A stretch of DNA of 64,000 bases from a virus, in the IMG/VR virus record IMGVR_UViG_3300037247_000847, positions 1-64,000 of that record. The stretch is one strand, 5' to 3'. Below the pieces are notes generated by a model. That model did not search any database. It was not told the origin of the DNA and saw only the letters and a list, made by a program, of their open reading frames with translations. Positions within the stretch are counted from its first letter, which is position 1. Every line of letters starts with the position of its first letter. The position numbers and the translations under genes were made by a program. This document shows, piece after piece, positions 6,770-14,274 of the stretch.

Positions 6770-7987
6770 TTAGTTTATCATCACCATTTCTCCAAATGGT
6801 ATTTCTCTTGCTCGACATTCAGCCGGAATGGTCCAGAGCACTGGAAAGGGTGGCGGAACCTTTGGGAATGATCCGTAAGTGTCAGTCAGATAGATCATAC
6901 CCTTTGGTGTGATACACCTTTCTTCTAACCAAGAGAAGGTTGGTAGAAAGCTTGTACTACCACCACCATAGGTACGTCCCGGCTTAATTGGTAGGTCTTC
7001 TTTACCATATTCGTCAACGTGCTGTACTTTCACATCCACGTACATGATGTGTAACTTACGGAACTTTAGCACGGAGGCGATCTTGGAGACCTCACCAAGA
7101 AATTGTGGGATGTAACGTAGCGTTGAGCCAGACGTATCTAGCACTACGACAAACTCATCTACACCTTCACTCTCAAGTCCTGGCAGGTATATGTCTTGAT
7201 TTAAGAAGCGGCGATCAGGTACTAACCAAGTGAAGTCATCCTGATTGCAGTTCTCCATGAACCTTTCGAGTACCTGTTCCCAACGGATCTTGGGGTTCAG
7301 GATCTCTTCGACTAGTTCATCGAGACTACCAGGTAGCTTCCCCTGAGCCTTGGCGAAGTTCATGGCTTGAGCAATTTGCATCAGGGCTTCAGCTTCATCA
7401 AAATCTGCACCTGATAAAGCTGCGGAAGATGGTTGAGAACCATTCTCGTTATAATCATCCTGGAGACCGGTGAGGCCGGTCTCCGGCTTTTGATCTTTCT
7501 GATCCTGATTTGGTTGTGAAGGATGATCGTGAAGACCACCGCATCCACAGCCTCCCTTTTCTTCGGCCTGCTTGTTGGCCGGATCATCAGGGTCTTGTGA
7601 TAGAATGTTGTAGATCTTCTCTGCATCCATCCCTCGGAACCGATCGTCAATCAGGTAATCGTCTCCTAATTTTAGACCGCTGTCCTGGAGATACAGATTG
7701 ATCCTGTAGTCACAGGCGATATTCCAGCGCTTGGGATCTCGAAGACCTCGACGGAAGCTGTCGAGGAACATCTTGTGTCCACCCTCGTGAGCAAGATCAG
7801 TGACGAGAATGGTCTCGTTCTGCTGCTCTACGTAGTCTGGATTGAAAAACAACCTAACTCCATCTGTCACCATCGTTTGGATAACAGTGGAGGGTTGTAT
7901 CTCAAAGCCCAATATTAGGCTTCCCCAGAAGGGATACATCCTAAGCAGCCTGGTTATGCACCTGTCGACTTTCATTTGTGCATTCAT
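6770..7987 (-). CDS. metallopeptidase-like plus vWA domain protein (DUF2201-like)
   Basis: TMVTDG..FNPDY, AHEGGH (HExxH), WNIACDYRIN, VLDTSGS MIDAS, GGGSTSF, YLTDTYG. Confidence 0.9.
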   Translation of the reverse strand: MNAQMKVDRCITRLLRMYPFWGSLILGFEIQPSTVIQTMVTDGVRLFFNPDYVEQQNETILVTDLAHEGGHKMFLDSFRRGLRDPKRWNIACDYRINLYLQDSGLKLGDDYLIDDRFRGMDAEKIYNILSQDPDDPANKQAEEKGGCGCGGLHDHPSQPNQDQKDQKPETGLTGLQDDYNENGSQPSSAALSGADFDEAEALMQIAQAMNFAKAQGKLPGSLDELVEEILNPKIRWEQVLERFMENCNQDDFTWLVPDRRFLNQDIYLPGLESEGVDEFVVVLDTSGSTLRYIPQFLGEVSKIASVLKFRKLHIMYVDVKVQHVDEYGKEDLPIKPGRTYGGGSTSFLPTFSWLEERCITPKGMIYLTDTYGSFPKVPPPFPVLWTIPAECRAREIPFGEMVMIN

Positions 7988-8003
7988 TTTCTCCTCCTAT
8001 ATT

Positions 8004-8077
8004 TGAGATGTCTCATCAGGTTGTAGTCTCTCACACCACAACGACCACGCCCCGTTTGCACGAGACGTGGTTTCGAC
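8004..8077 (-). ncRNA. type II hammerhead ribozyme HHR4
   Basis: GTC GAAA CCACGTCTCG tgcaaa CGGGGCGTG GTC^ GTTGTGGT gtgagag ACTACAAC CTGATGA GAC aTCTCA; G-U pairs form on this strand only; cut 8043^8042. Confidence 0.95.
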
Positions 8078-8084
8078 TTTAGTC

Positions 8085-8330
8085 TTAATTTGGTTCTTTG
8101 GAGGTAATGATCTCAGCGCAACGAGCTAGGGCATCGTCGGTCATTTCAATCATTGAACCCAGACGATGCCTTAGCACCAAGAGATCCTTAATTAGCAGTC
8201 TGGGCTTACCATATTTGGTCTTTTGGTAACACCGTTTTACAGCTTCAGTGACATCACTAGCTTGGTAAAAGAGACCTCCGCTGCTGGTAGTAAAATCACC
8301 GATTTTGTTGTCTAGTGTTCTCTTAGTCAT
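8085..8330 (-). CDS. hypothetical protein
   Basis: ATGA overlap with the upstream gene. Confidence 0.6.
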   Translation of the reverse strand: MTKRTLDNKIGDFTTSSGGLFYQASDVTEAVKRCYQKTKYGKPRLLIKDLLVLRHRLGSMIEMTDDALARCAEIITSKEPN

Positions 8331-9235
8331 GAGATGTAGCCCTTCATGGATTTCAGGATCGCGTCTGCCGATTTGGCAACCTCCTTGCGATACTTAGGAT
8401 CGTTTCTGAGAGCCTTTACATCGCTGACCGAACAGATTTCCTTTTCAGTCTGCTTGATCATCGCCGCGATCTTAGGATCGTTTAGGACGTTCAGCGATGG
8501 TAGAATTTCAACCAACTCCTGGATGTTACCGATCAACGAGTCCCTGAAGACCGCATCTTTCTCGTGCAGCTTCTCTTGAACGTGTCTCAGCTGTTCATAG
8601 AGACGTATGATTGGTGCCCGGAACGCGTCCTTCATATTGTTCTGGAAGTCTGCGAACATCTGCTTTTTGAGATCCTCAGAAGCATCCGCTGACATCTTGA
8701 CCCTAAAATCATTCGGGTCCTGGATAGGAGAAGTCCGGATGTGGATACCAAACTTGGTCCGGACCCGATTAGGTTCAGGATAGTCGTCTGCGTTGAACAT
8801 ATCACCGAGACCCTTTTTATAGTCTCCTAAACCAGCATGCCACTGTTCTTTGTACTCAGCAACAAACTCATCAGCGGCTTTCATGGCTTCGCGTTGCTTC
8901 TCCCCGATGACTTCCGTGTACTTGAAGTACATGTCAGCCGGAAGGAGACCAACTCCTTCCTCCCAAGGGAGCGTATAGTATTTGTGCAGCTTACGACACT
9001 GGCGGGACAGCTTTCTAAACGTGTCGAGAGCATCACTCTTGAGAAGTTGCTTGGTGAACTTCCCAAGCTCGGCATCTGAGTTCTTACTCTTTGCCACTTC
9101 CATAGCTATCTCACTGTCGTTCCGCTTGGCACCCCAACGGTTGATTTTGAGCCTAACGAGCATGGCTCGTGTACTCAGATCACTTGGGGTAGCCTTTGTC
9201 TTAGCTGACTTCGTGGTCTGCTTTGACTTACTCAT
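8327..9235 (-). CDS. DUF3150-like helical protein (usual partner of MoxR AAA and DUF2201)
   Basis: HKYYTLPW, LGDMFNADDYP, FRDSLIGNI..L..LNVLNDP pattern; gene context. Confidence 0.75.
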   Translation of the reverse strand: MSKSKQTTKSAKTKATPSDLSTRAMLVRLKINRWGAKRNDSEIAMEVAKSKNSDAELGKFTKQLLKSDALDTFRKLSRQCRKLHKYYTLPWEEGVGLLPADMYFKYTEVIGEKQREAMKAADEFVAEYKEQWHAGLGDYKKGLGDMFNADDYPEPNRVRTKFGIHIRTSPIQDPNDFRVKMSADASEDLKKQMFADFQNNMKDAFRAPIIRLYEQLRHVQEKLHEKDAVFRDSLIGNIQELVEILPSLNVLNDPKIAAMIKQTEKEICSVSDVKALRNDPKYRKEVAKSADAILKSMKGYIS

Positions 9236-9247
9236 AATCTCCTCCTA

Positions 9248-9315
9248 TTGGTTTGTCTCATCAGTGTCAAAGTAACCAACCTTGACAGACCTAGACTACC
9301 TGTCTAGGTTTCGAC
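9248..9315 (-). ncRNA. type II hammerhead ribozyme HHR5
   Basis: GTC GAAA CCTAGAC aggta GTCTAG GTC^ TGTCAAGG ttggtta CTTTGACA CTGATGA GAC aAACCAA; cut 9288^9287. Confidence 0.95.
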
Positions 9316-9318
9316 TTA

Positions 9319-9504
9319 CTACCACCTAGCAATATATTCTAAGATTGCCTTGTGTTTGGAGTTGAGGTTCAACACTATTGTTTCACTGGGTTTCTCATCA
9401 GTGAGACATTGACGACAGTCGATGCGTAATTCTACCTTGTCATTGGGATTGCACAACTCCATAGCGTCCCGCATTTCCTTTACGGTTGGCATATTGTTTT
9501 CCAT
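9319..9504 (-). CDS. hypothetical protein (CxxC)
   Basis: TAGGAGGAGATT SD identical to the neighbouring genes. Confidence 0.7.
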   Translation of the reverse strand: MENNMPTVKEMRDAMELCNPNDKVELRIDCRQCLTDEKPSETIVLNLNSKHKAILEYIARW

Positions 9505-9574
9505 AATCTCCTCCTATAGTCTTGATGCGATAGTGCATCACACAGCGCTCCTACCTGAAGCGCTGGTTGCCACA

Positions 9575-10693
9575 CTACAACATGTATTCTTGATTCTCCG
9601 TCGCCCATTGAACAAAAGCTGATGTTTCTAAGAGGCTGTTACCACGGTTCTTCACGAGAAGCATACCGAGGACTTCTACTGGCTTTTGGAACTTGTTGAT
9701 GAGTTCGACGAAGTTGTCCATTCGACCAGCATCGACGATGTCTGCCGTCGAAGTAACGAGAGCGAAGGCAACGTCAGGTCGCTGGGAAATTGGAGCAAGC
9801 CCAGCACTCACGACCTGTTTCGTTTGATCATTCCAAACATAACGCTCGAATGTCATGCCGTCGAGTGTGCTAGGATCATCGAGGATATCTTCGGGATCTG
9901 GCAGGTGAGCCCACAGCTTCAGAAAAGCTAGGAACTCAGTTGCGAAACCCTTGTCAGCTGCTCTCGAGATTAGCTCGAAGGCTGTACTCTCAGTGACAGC
10001 ACCTGAAGCCAGAAGCTGACCAACGTGATGCACCGTTCTTGGTGACCGGCTGTTTTCCAGTCCAGGCTTCGGACTAAAGTTCATCAGCATGTCCCGTTTC
10101 CAAGAGATGAATGCAGGCAAGATCGCTGGCATTGGTTCCTTGCGATCGAGCAGGCCAACATCATCGCACTGCGAAGCCCATTGCACCCAACTGTCAACAT
10201 TTACCTCTAGGTGAACGATGGTCTTGAACCTAGACTTGACATGCTCAAGGATCGGGTTGACGCCGGACTTGTCTTGGGCTCGGTTGGTTGCTGCACAGAT
10301 GCGAATATGATCACTAATTTTATTCTCGCCAATCTGACGAGCGTGGATTAGGTGACAAGTAGCATTCTGGGTAGCTGTCGAGCCTTGTCCAAAATCATCC
10401 ATGAAGAACACGGTTGGTTTCTTGGCCGTAACGAGCCGACGAAGATCGCCGATAGGAACGAAGTCCCACTCGGCTGGCTTCTTACCCGTTGCGGGCCGCG
10501 TCTGGGCTGGTATTCCACCGTAGTCGATTGGACTACGTACTGCTGGATGGGTGATGATAAGGTCCATCCCGACGTTCTTTGCCGCTTGCTCAATAAGGGC
10601 AGTCTTGCCGATGCCTGGCTCTCCTTCCGCTAGGAAGGATAACCCAGACTTGAACATGGTCTCGGCAAAGTTGATGAAATCTTGATAGTTCAT
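9575..10693 (-). CDS. MoxR-like AAA+ ATPase
   Basis: GEPGIGKT Walker A, FFMDDF Walker B, AATNR, SRF, SPRT; preceded by HHR6. Confidence 0.9.
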   Translation of the reverse strand: MNYQDFINFAETMFKSGLSFLAEGEPGIGKTALIEQAAKNVGMDLIITHPAVRSPIDYGGIPAQTRPATGKKPAEWDFVPIGDLRRLVTAKKPTVFFMDDFGQGSTATQNATCHLIHARQIGENKISDHIRICAATNRAQDKSGVNPILEHVKSRFKTIVHLEVNVDSWVQWASQCDDVGLLDRKEPMPAILPAFISWKRDMLMNFSPKPGLENSRSPRTVHHVGQLLASGAVTESTAFELISRAADKGFATEFLAFLKLWAHLPDPEDILDDPSTLDGMTFERYVWNDQTKQVVSAGLAPISQRPDVAFALVTSTADIVDAGRMDNFVELINKFQKPVEVLGMLLVKNRGNSLLETSAFVQWATENQEYML

Positions 10694-10705
10694 TTTCTCC
10701 TCCTA

Positions 10706-10773
10706 TTGGTTTGTCTCATCAGTGCCAAGATAACCAATCTTGACAGACCTAGGCTACCTGCCTAGGTTTCGAC
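10706..10773 (-). ncRNA. type II hammerhead ribozyme HHR6
   Basis: GTC GAAA CCTAGGC aggta GCCTAG GTC^ TGTCAAGA ttggtta TCTTGGCA CTGATGA GAC aAACCAA; compensatory changes relative to HHR5; cut 10746^10745. Confidence 0.95.
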
Positions 10774-10971
10774 TTATATCATTTCATCACCACCGTCGAT
10801 TCTCTTATAGTTAACTGGGTCATCGGTTTCGAGGGTGTGATACCCAGTAGGTTGTGTCCAAACCATGAAACGCGCCGCTGCGCTGCAGTGAGCTTCCAAC
10901 TCGGTAGCAAAACGTTGAGCATTACCCACTACTTCACCGTTTTGAAATTCAAACATTGGTCGGTACGACAT
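10774..10971 (-). CDS. hypothetical protein
   Basis: AGGAGGA SD; flanked by HHR7 and HHR6. Confidence 0.75.
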   Translation of the reverse strand: MSYRPMFEFQNGEVVGNAQRFATELEAHCSAAARFMVWTQPTGYHTLETDDPVNYKRIDGGDEMI

Positions 10972-10987
10972 AATCTCCTCCTATATT

Positions 10988-11054
10988 TGAGATGTCTCAT
11001 CAGGCCGTGAGCTCTCACCTCACAACAAGCGGGGTTACTCACCCCACTTTCGAC
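10988..11054 (-). ncRNA. type II hammerhead ribozyme HHR7 (CUU triplet; overlaps the end of the upstream CDS)
   Basis: GTC GAAA GTGGGGT gagta ACCCCG CTT^ GTTGTGAG gtgagag CTCACGGC CTGATGA GAC aTCTCA; cut 11027^11026. Confidence 0.85.
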
Positions 11055-11635
11055 TTTTTGGTTAAACGCTTCCTGCGTTTGGTAGGTTGTATATCGGCAA
11101 GATGTCTGCGCCGCTTTGGCTTAAAGAGCTGATATTGCCGTGAACTCGGCTTTTCAACATCACCTTTTTGCACCATGTTTTTTAGGCAGCGACGTGCTTC
11201 TCTTGTTTCTAGCCCTGTCTTTTTGCAGACTTGACCTACAGTGGTAGCACCATTCTTCAAAGCAGCGAGTATCAGTTCGCTGTGCGCTGATTGTGTAATC
11301 CCTTTACGTATTTTTCTGCCTTGGCGTTGGTCTAGCCGTTCTCGTCGTTCTGATTTTCTTAGATCACGCAATACTTTATGATGCCGAGCGCGTTTGGCTC
11401 GACCTCTCATTTCTTTTTGGGTGTCCTCACGATCTCTTTGCGCTTGTTTTCTCTCCTGATCTAGTTCGGCCCAGGATTCCTTGTGACGCTTCCACCGCTT
11501 CTTTGTCCACCGTTTGCGGTCTAAAAGCTTTGGTAGTGGGTAGTTGCTGAGGTACTCATTAGCCTCTTTGACCCTCAAGGCAACAGGACCTAGCTCTTTG
11601 GTGCTAGAAAGATGTTTCCTGATTCGAGTAGGCAT
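11039..11635 (-). CDS. basic protein with C-terminal winged-helix domain
   Basis: LILAALKNGATTVGQVCKKTGLETREARRCLKNMVQKGDV wHTH; AGGTGAGG SD. Confidence 0.75.
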   Translation of the reverse strand: MPTRIRKHLSSTKELGPVALRVKEANEYLSNYPLPKLLDRKRWTKKRWKRHKESWAELDQERKQAQRDREDTQKEMRGRAKRARHHKVLRDLRKSERRERLDQRQGRKIRKGITQSAHSELILAALKNGATTVGQVCKKTGLETREARRCLKNMVQKGDVEKPSSRQYQLFKPKRRRHLADIQPTKRRKRLTKKSKVG

Positions 11636-11650
11636 TAGATGTCCTCACCT

Positions 11651-11869
11651 TTATTTGGAGCGTTTCGATTTTTTCTCAGGCTCTTTCTTTTGATTTACAC
11701 CAATACACTTGTCAGCCTCAGCCTTGGTGGTAAAGCGTTCCCGTAATGGGTTCATAGTGTCTTTCGTATTGTGTACCTGGTATCCGAAGATCATACTAGG
11801 ATCTTTGGTGTGTGAATGCTTGACCACCTTCAGGCCTTTTTCCTTATTGTGGCTTACCGTTGTCAACAT
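11651..11869 (-). CDS. hypothetical protein
   Basis: AGGAGGA SD, preceded by HHR8. Confidence 0.7.
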   Translation of the reverse strand: MLTTVSHNKEKGLKVVKHSHTKDPSMIFGYQVHNTKDTMNPLRERFTTKAEADKCIGVNQKKEPEKKSKRSK

Positions 11870-11881
11870 AATCTCCTCCTA

Positions 11882-11968
11882 TTGGTTTGTCATCATCAGT
11901 GTCAAAGTAACCAACTTTGACAGACCCGGCGTATTCTTGTTAGTGGTCTTTTCTAACCGGGTTTCGAC
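11882..11968 (-). ncRNA. type II hammerhead ribozyme HHR8 (enlarged loop III, extra U after A9)
   Basis: GTC GAAA CCCGG [27 nt] CCGG GTC^ TGTCAAAG ttggtta CTTTGACA CTGATGA t GAC aAACCAA; cut 11923^11922. Confidence 0.88.
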
Positions 11969-11970
11969 TT

Positions 11971-12342
11971 TCACACGAAGACGATGATAGGTTGTCCTGT
12001 TGGTAACATGACAGGATCAGATTGTGATTCGCCATAGGACTCAGCGTAGGAGTTCTCGTACATACCATATTTGATAGGAACGCGAACGTGCCCTGGTCGG
12101 GTCTTCCAGGTTTTAGGTTTGCCCGATACACGACATTCTCTAACATCCCCAAATCGATCAAGGAACGTAAGAACGTAACCAGGACGCAGGTTTTGAGCTT
12201 CACCTACGATCATGAAGCGGTATTCTTGATACCCATCGAACCGTGGTGGGTAATACCCTGATTTGGCTTGCATCGTTTTCGTCCTCTCACGTATGTGCGT
12301 AACCATCTTCCTCAATACCAATCCACATTTTCTGCCATTCAA
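11971..12342 (-). CDS. hypothetical protein (start may be internal)
   Basis: ORF in the early operon; CRVSGKPKTWKTRPGHVRVPIKYG motif. Confidence 0.65.
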   Translation of the reverse strand: MNGRKCGLVLRKMVTHIRERTKTMQAKSGYYPPRFDGYQEYRFMIVGEAQNLRPGYVLTFLDRFGDVRECRVSGKPKTWKTRPGHVRVPIKYGMYENSYAESYGESQSDPVMLPTGQPIIVFV

Positions 12343-12511
12343 TCATGATGCATGTATCACCGAAAGCAAATGTGGAGCGCGAAAGAAATTCGTCGAACGT
12401 TTCGTTGGTGTAGTAGTTACGGGTCCTGAGTTCGCTGACTGCTACACGACCGTCTTCCATGGGTTGGCGTTGAAAAATCTCGAACAGGGTCTCGTGCTGT
12501 TGCGGGGTCAT
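12287..12511 (-). CDS. hypothetical protein, first gene of the early operon
   Basis: AGGAGGAG SD, preceded by HHR9; ends MWIGIEEDGYAHT. Confidence 0.75.
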   Translation of the reverse strand: MTPQQHETLFEIFQRQPMEDGRVAVSELRTRNYYTNETFDEFLSRSTFAFGDTCIMIEWQKMWIGIEEDGYAHT

Positions 12512-12524
12512 GGTCTCCTCCTAT

Positions 12525-12601
12525 TAGTCTATCTCATCAGTGTCAGGAGACTATTCCTGACAGACCAGGGTAGGTGATTGCTCACCTACCCTGATTTCGA
12601 T
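12525..12601 (-). ncRNA. type II hammerhead ribozyme HHR9
   Basis: ATC GAAA TCAGGGTAGGTGA gcaa TCACCTACCCTG GTC^ TGTCAGGA atagtc TCCTGACA CTGATGA GAT aGACTA; GNRA loop III; cut 12563^12562. Confidence 0.93.
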
Positions 12602-13020
12602 TTATAGGAGGAGGAGATTTTTTCCCAACCGGGATAGTCCACTTACGAAGTGGAGGGTAACACCCTACGCGCTGCACGTGACCAATTTTCTTGTACTCGT
12701 TCCACCCCGTTGCGGTTCAAAGCGTTATACCACTTGGGGTAGCCATCGGCCTAGGTCCAGTATTGTTGCCCGTTAATGCTGGATTGACTACCAGCGGCGG
12801 TCAGCAGACAACCCGGACTAAGGTCTCTGGGGATCGTTCCACGTGTGCTTACGCAGGTTCACCCGGCTGACAGCGACTTCGCGGGAATTCCTTTCCCATC
12901 GCTGGGCCTCCTGGGGGTTCCGGCTATCCTCGCCACTACGCGTGAGGGGTGAGCTTTGCGCTTCTTCTCCCAGGGCCGCCCCATTCCCAGAGGCCTGGAT
13001 AACTAAATTCTTATCTAACT
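12602..13020 (-). ncRNA. candidate ~420-nt structured leader RNA of the early operon
   Basis: No convincing ORF; GC-rich with many hairpins; lies between a promoter and HHR9. Confidence 0.5.
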
Positions 13021-13031
13021 ATCCTAATACT

Positions 13032-13060
13032 ATTGTGCGCCCTTTTAGGGACTTTCGCAA
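13032..13060 (-). promoter_or_regulatory. sigma70-type early promoter
   Basis: TTGCGA-17 nt-CACAAT; the spacer ends AGGGCG as in the 19349-19377 promoter. Confidence 0.65.
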
Positions 13061-13106
13061 GGACTAAATAGCTCCCGAAAAGGTCAAAGAATTCAAGGAC
13101 TTACGG

Positions 13107-13142
13107 GGCTATTGGCACCACTATCTGGGCTATTGGCACCAC
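13107..13142. repeat. 16-bp direct repeat GGGCTATTGGCACCAC x2, candidate protein-binding sites
   Basis: Seen directly, 20-bp period, in the divergent intergenic region. Confidence 0.7.
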
Positions 13143-13731
13143 GTCCTAACGAATTTTACCACTTTTTGATGGCAGGCAAAAGCGAGCATATTTCAAAGGC
13201 TTAGAAGCTTTTCGGGCTTTCTATTATCCCTTTGTAACCAGAAAGTGTGGTTATTGTGGTAATTAGTGTGTTCTAACTAATACACTAATAAAACACTAAC
13301 CAGCAAAATCAATGGCTTGTGGTAATAGACCACCCACGTTTAGTATAAAAGCCTACGTGGGGCCTTTGCGTCCTACGTTGTCTCAACCTTCATGTCATCT
13401 TGCGACTGTCAGGGTAGATTTCTCTCCGGAGAGGTCTGCCCTGACTTCTTTTTGATTGCTCGGTGCTGCGGCAGCGGTTAGAGCCGTCCCGAGGGCGGCG
13501 CGCTGTAGGGAAGTCGATCAACCATATTCTAGACAATGCGGTTGCGATGGAGCCGGGGGTTGGTTTCCGGCCTGCAGCACTGAGCAATTCATTAGTAGGG
13601 ACATAAAGAACGTGGTAGCTAGACGGAAGCGATTAAATGGTAATATAGGTAGTACCCTCTCTGTTGTACCCACACGCAATCATTTGACATCAGTAATAGT
13701 CTCTAAATATCCCAACATAGCTAGACGTAGA

Positions 13732-14274
13732 ATGGAGAAGATAAAGTTCAATCTCCCACTCTTGGAGCGTCTAGCTATGTTGGGTATGCCTGATAAGGAC
13801 ATTGCTAAGGCACTAGATATTAAACCAGCCAGGTTTAGTAAATATAAAAAGAAGCACTCTTCTATCAGGGCGACACTGCGGAAGGGTCGAATAATATCAT
13901 CAGCTAATGTAGTGGAGTCTCTCTACAAGAAAGCGAATGGTTTTTCGGTTCCTGAGGAGAAGTTGTTCTATAGTGCCAAGTACAATAGAGTGGTAAGAGC
14001 TAATACCCGAAAGTATTATCCACCTGACACTGTTGCTCAGATATTCTGGCTGAAAAACAACTTCCCAGATTTCTGGCGTGATAAGAAGGAGGTAGAGAAT
14101 ACTGGTGGTGTTGGAACAATTCAATCAGTGAAGTTCATATTGGTTCAGCCAGGAACGTCAGGTGAAAAGAGTGAAAAAGTAATTGATGGAGATTTCAAGA
14201 TACTTCCAGGAGCTGGACAAGAGGGGAGAGAACAGCAAGCTGGGTCTGGTAATACGAGTAAGGAAGTAGAATAA
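13732..14274 (+). CDS. terS: terminase small subunit (HTH type)
   Basis: LAMLGMPDKDIAKALDI HTH, VVESLYKKANG, PPDTVAQIFWLKN motifs; start reassigned to ATG 13732. Confidence 0.8.
   Translation: MEKIKFNLPLLERLAMLGMPDKDIAKALDIKPARFSKYKKKHSSIRATLRKGRIISSANVVESLYKKANGFSVPEEKLFYSAKYNRVVRANTRKYYPPDTVAQIFWLKNNFPDFWRDKKEVENTGGVGTIQSVKFILVQPGTSGEKSEKVIDGDFKILPGAGQEGREQQAGSGNTSKEVE

Noticed and set aside
9505-9574. Tenth hammerhead before the 61-aa gene
   Set aside because: Same SD and two hairpins, but no CUGANGA or GAAA core; at most a decayed copy or unrelated structure
5237-12601. Intergenic repeats as a CRISPR array or integron attC sites
   Set aside because: Spacing is gene-sized and irregular, no cas or integrase gene is present, attC core sites are absent, and the conserved positions are exactly the hammerhead core
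13456-13731. Long N-terminal extension of terS given in the ORF track
   Set aside because: TTG start without an SD; recognisable terS sequence begins at ATG 13732
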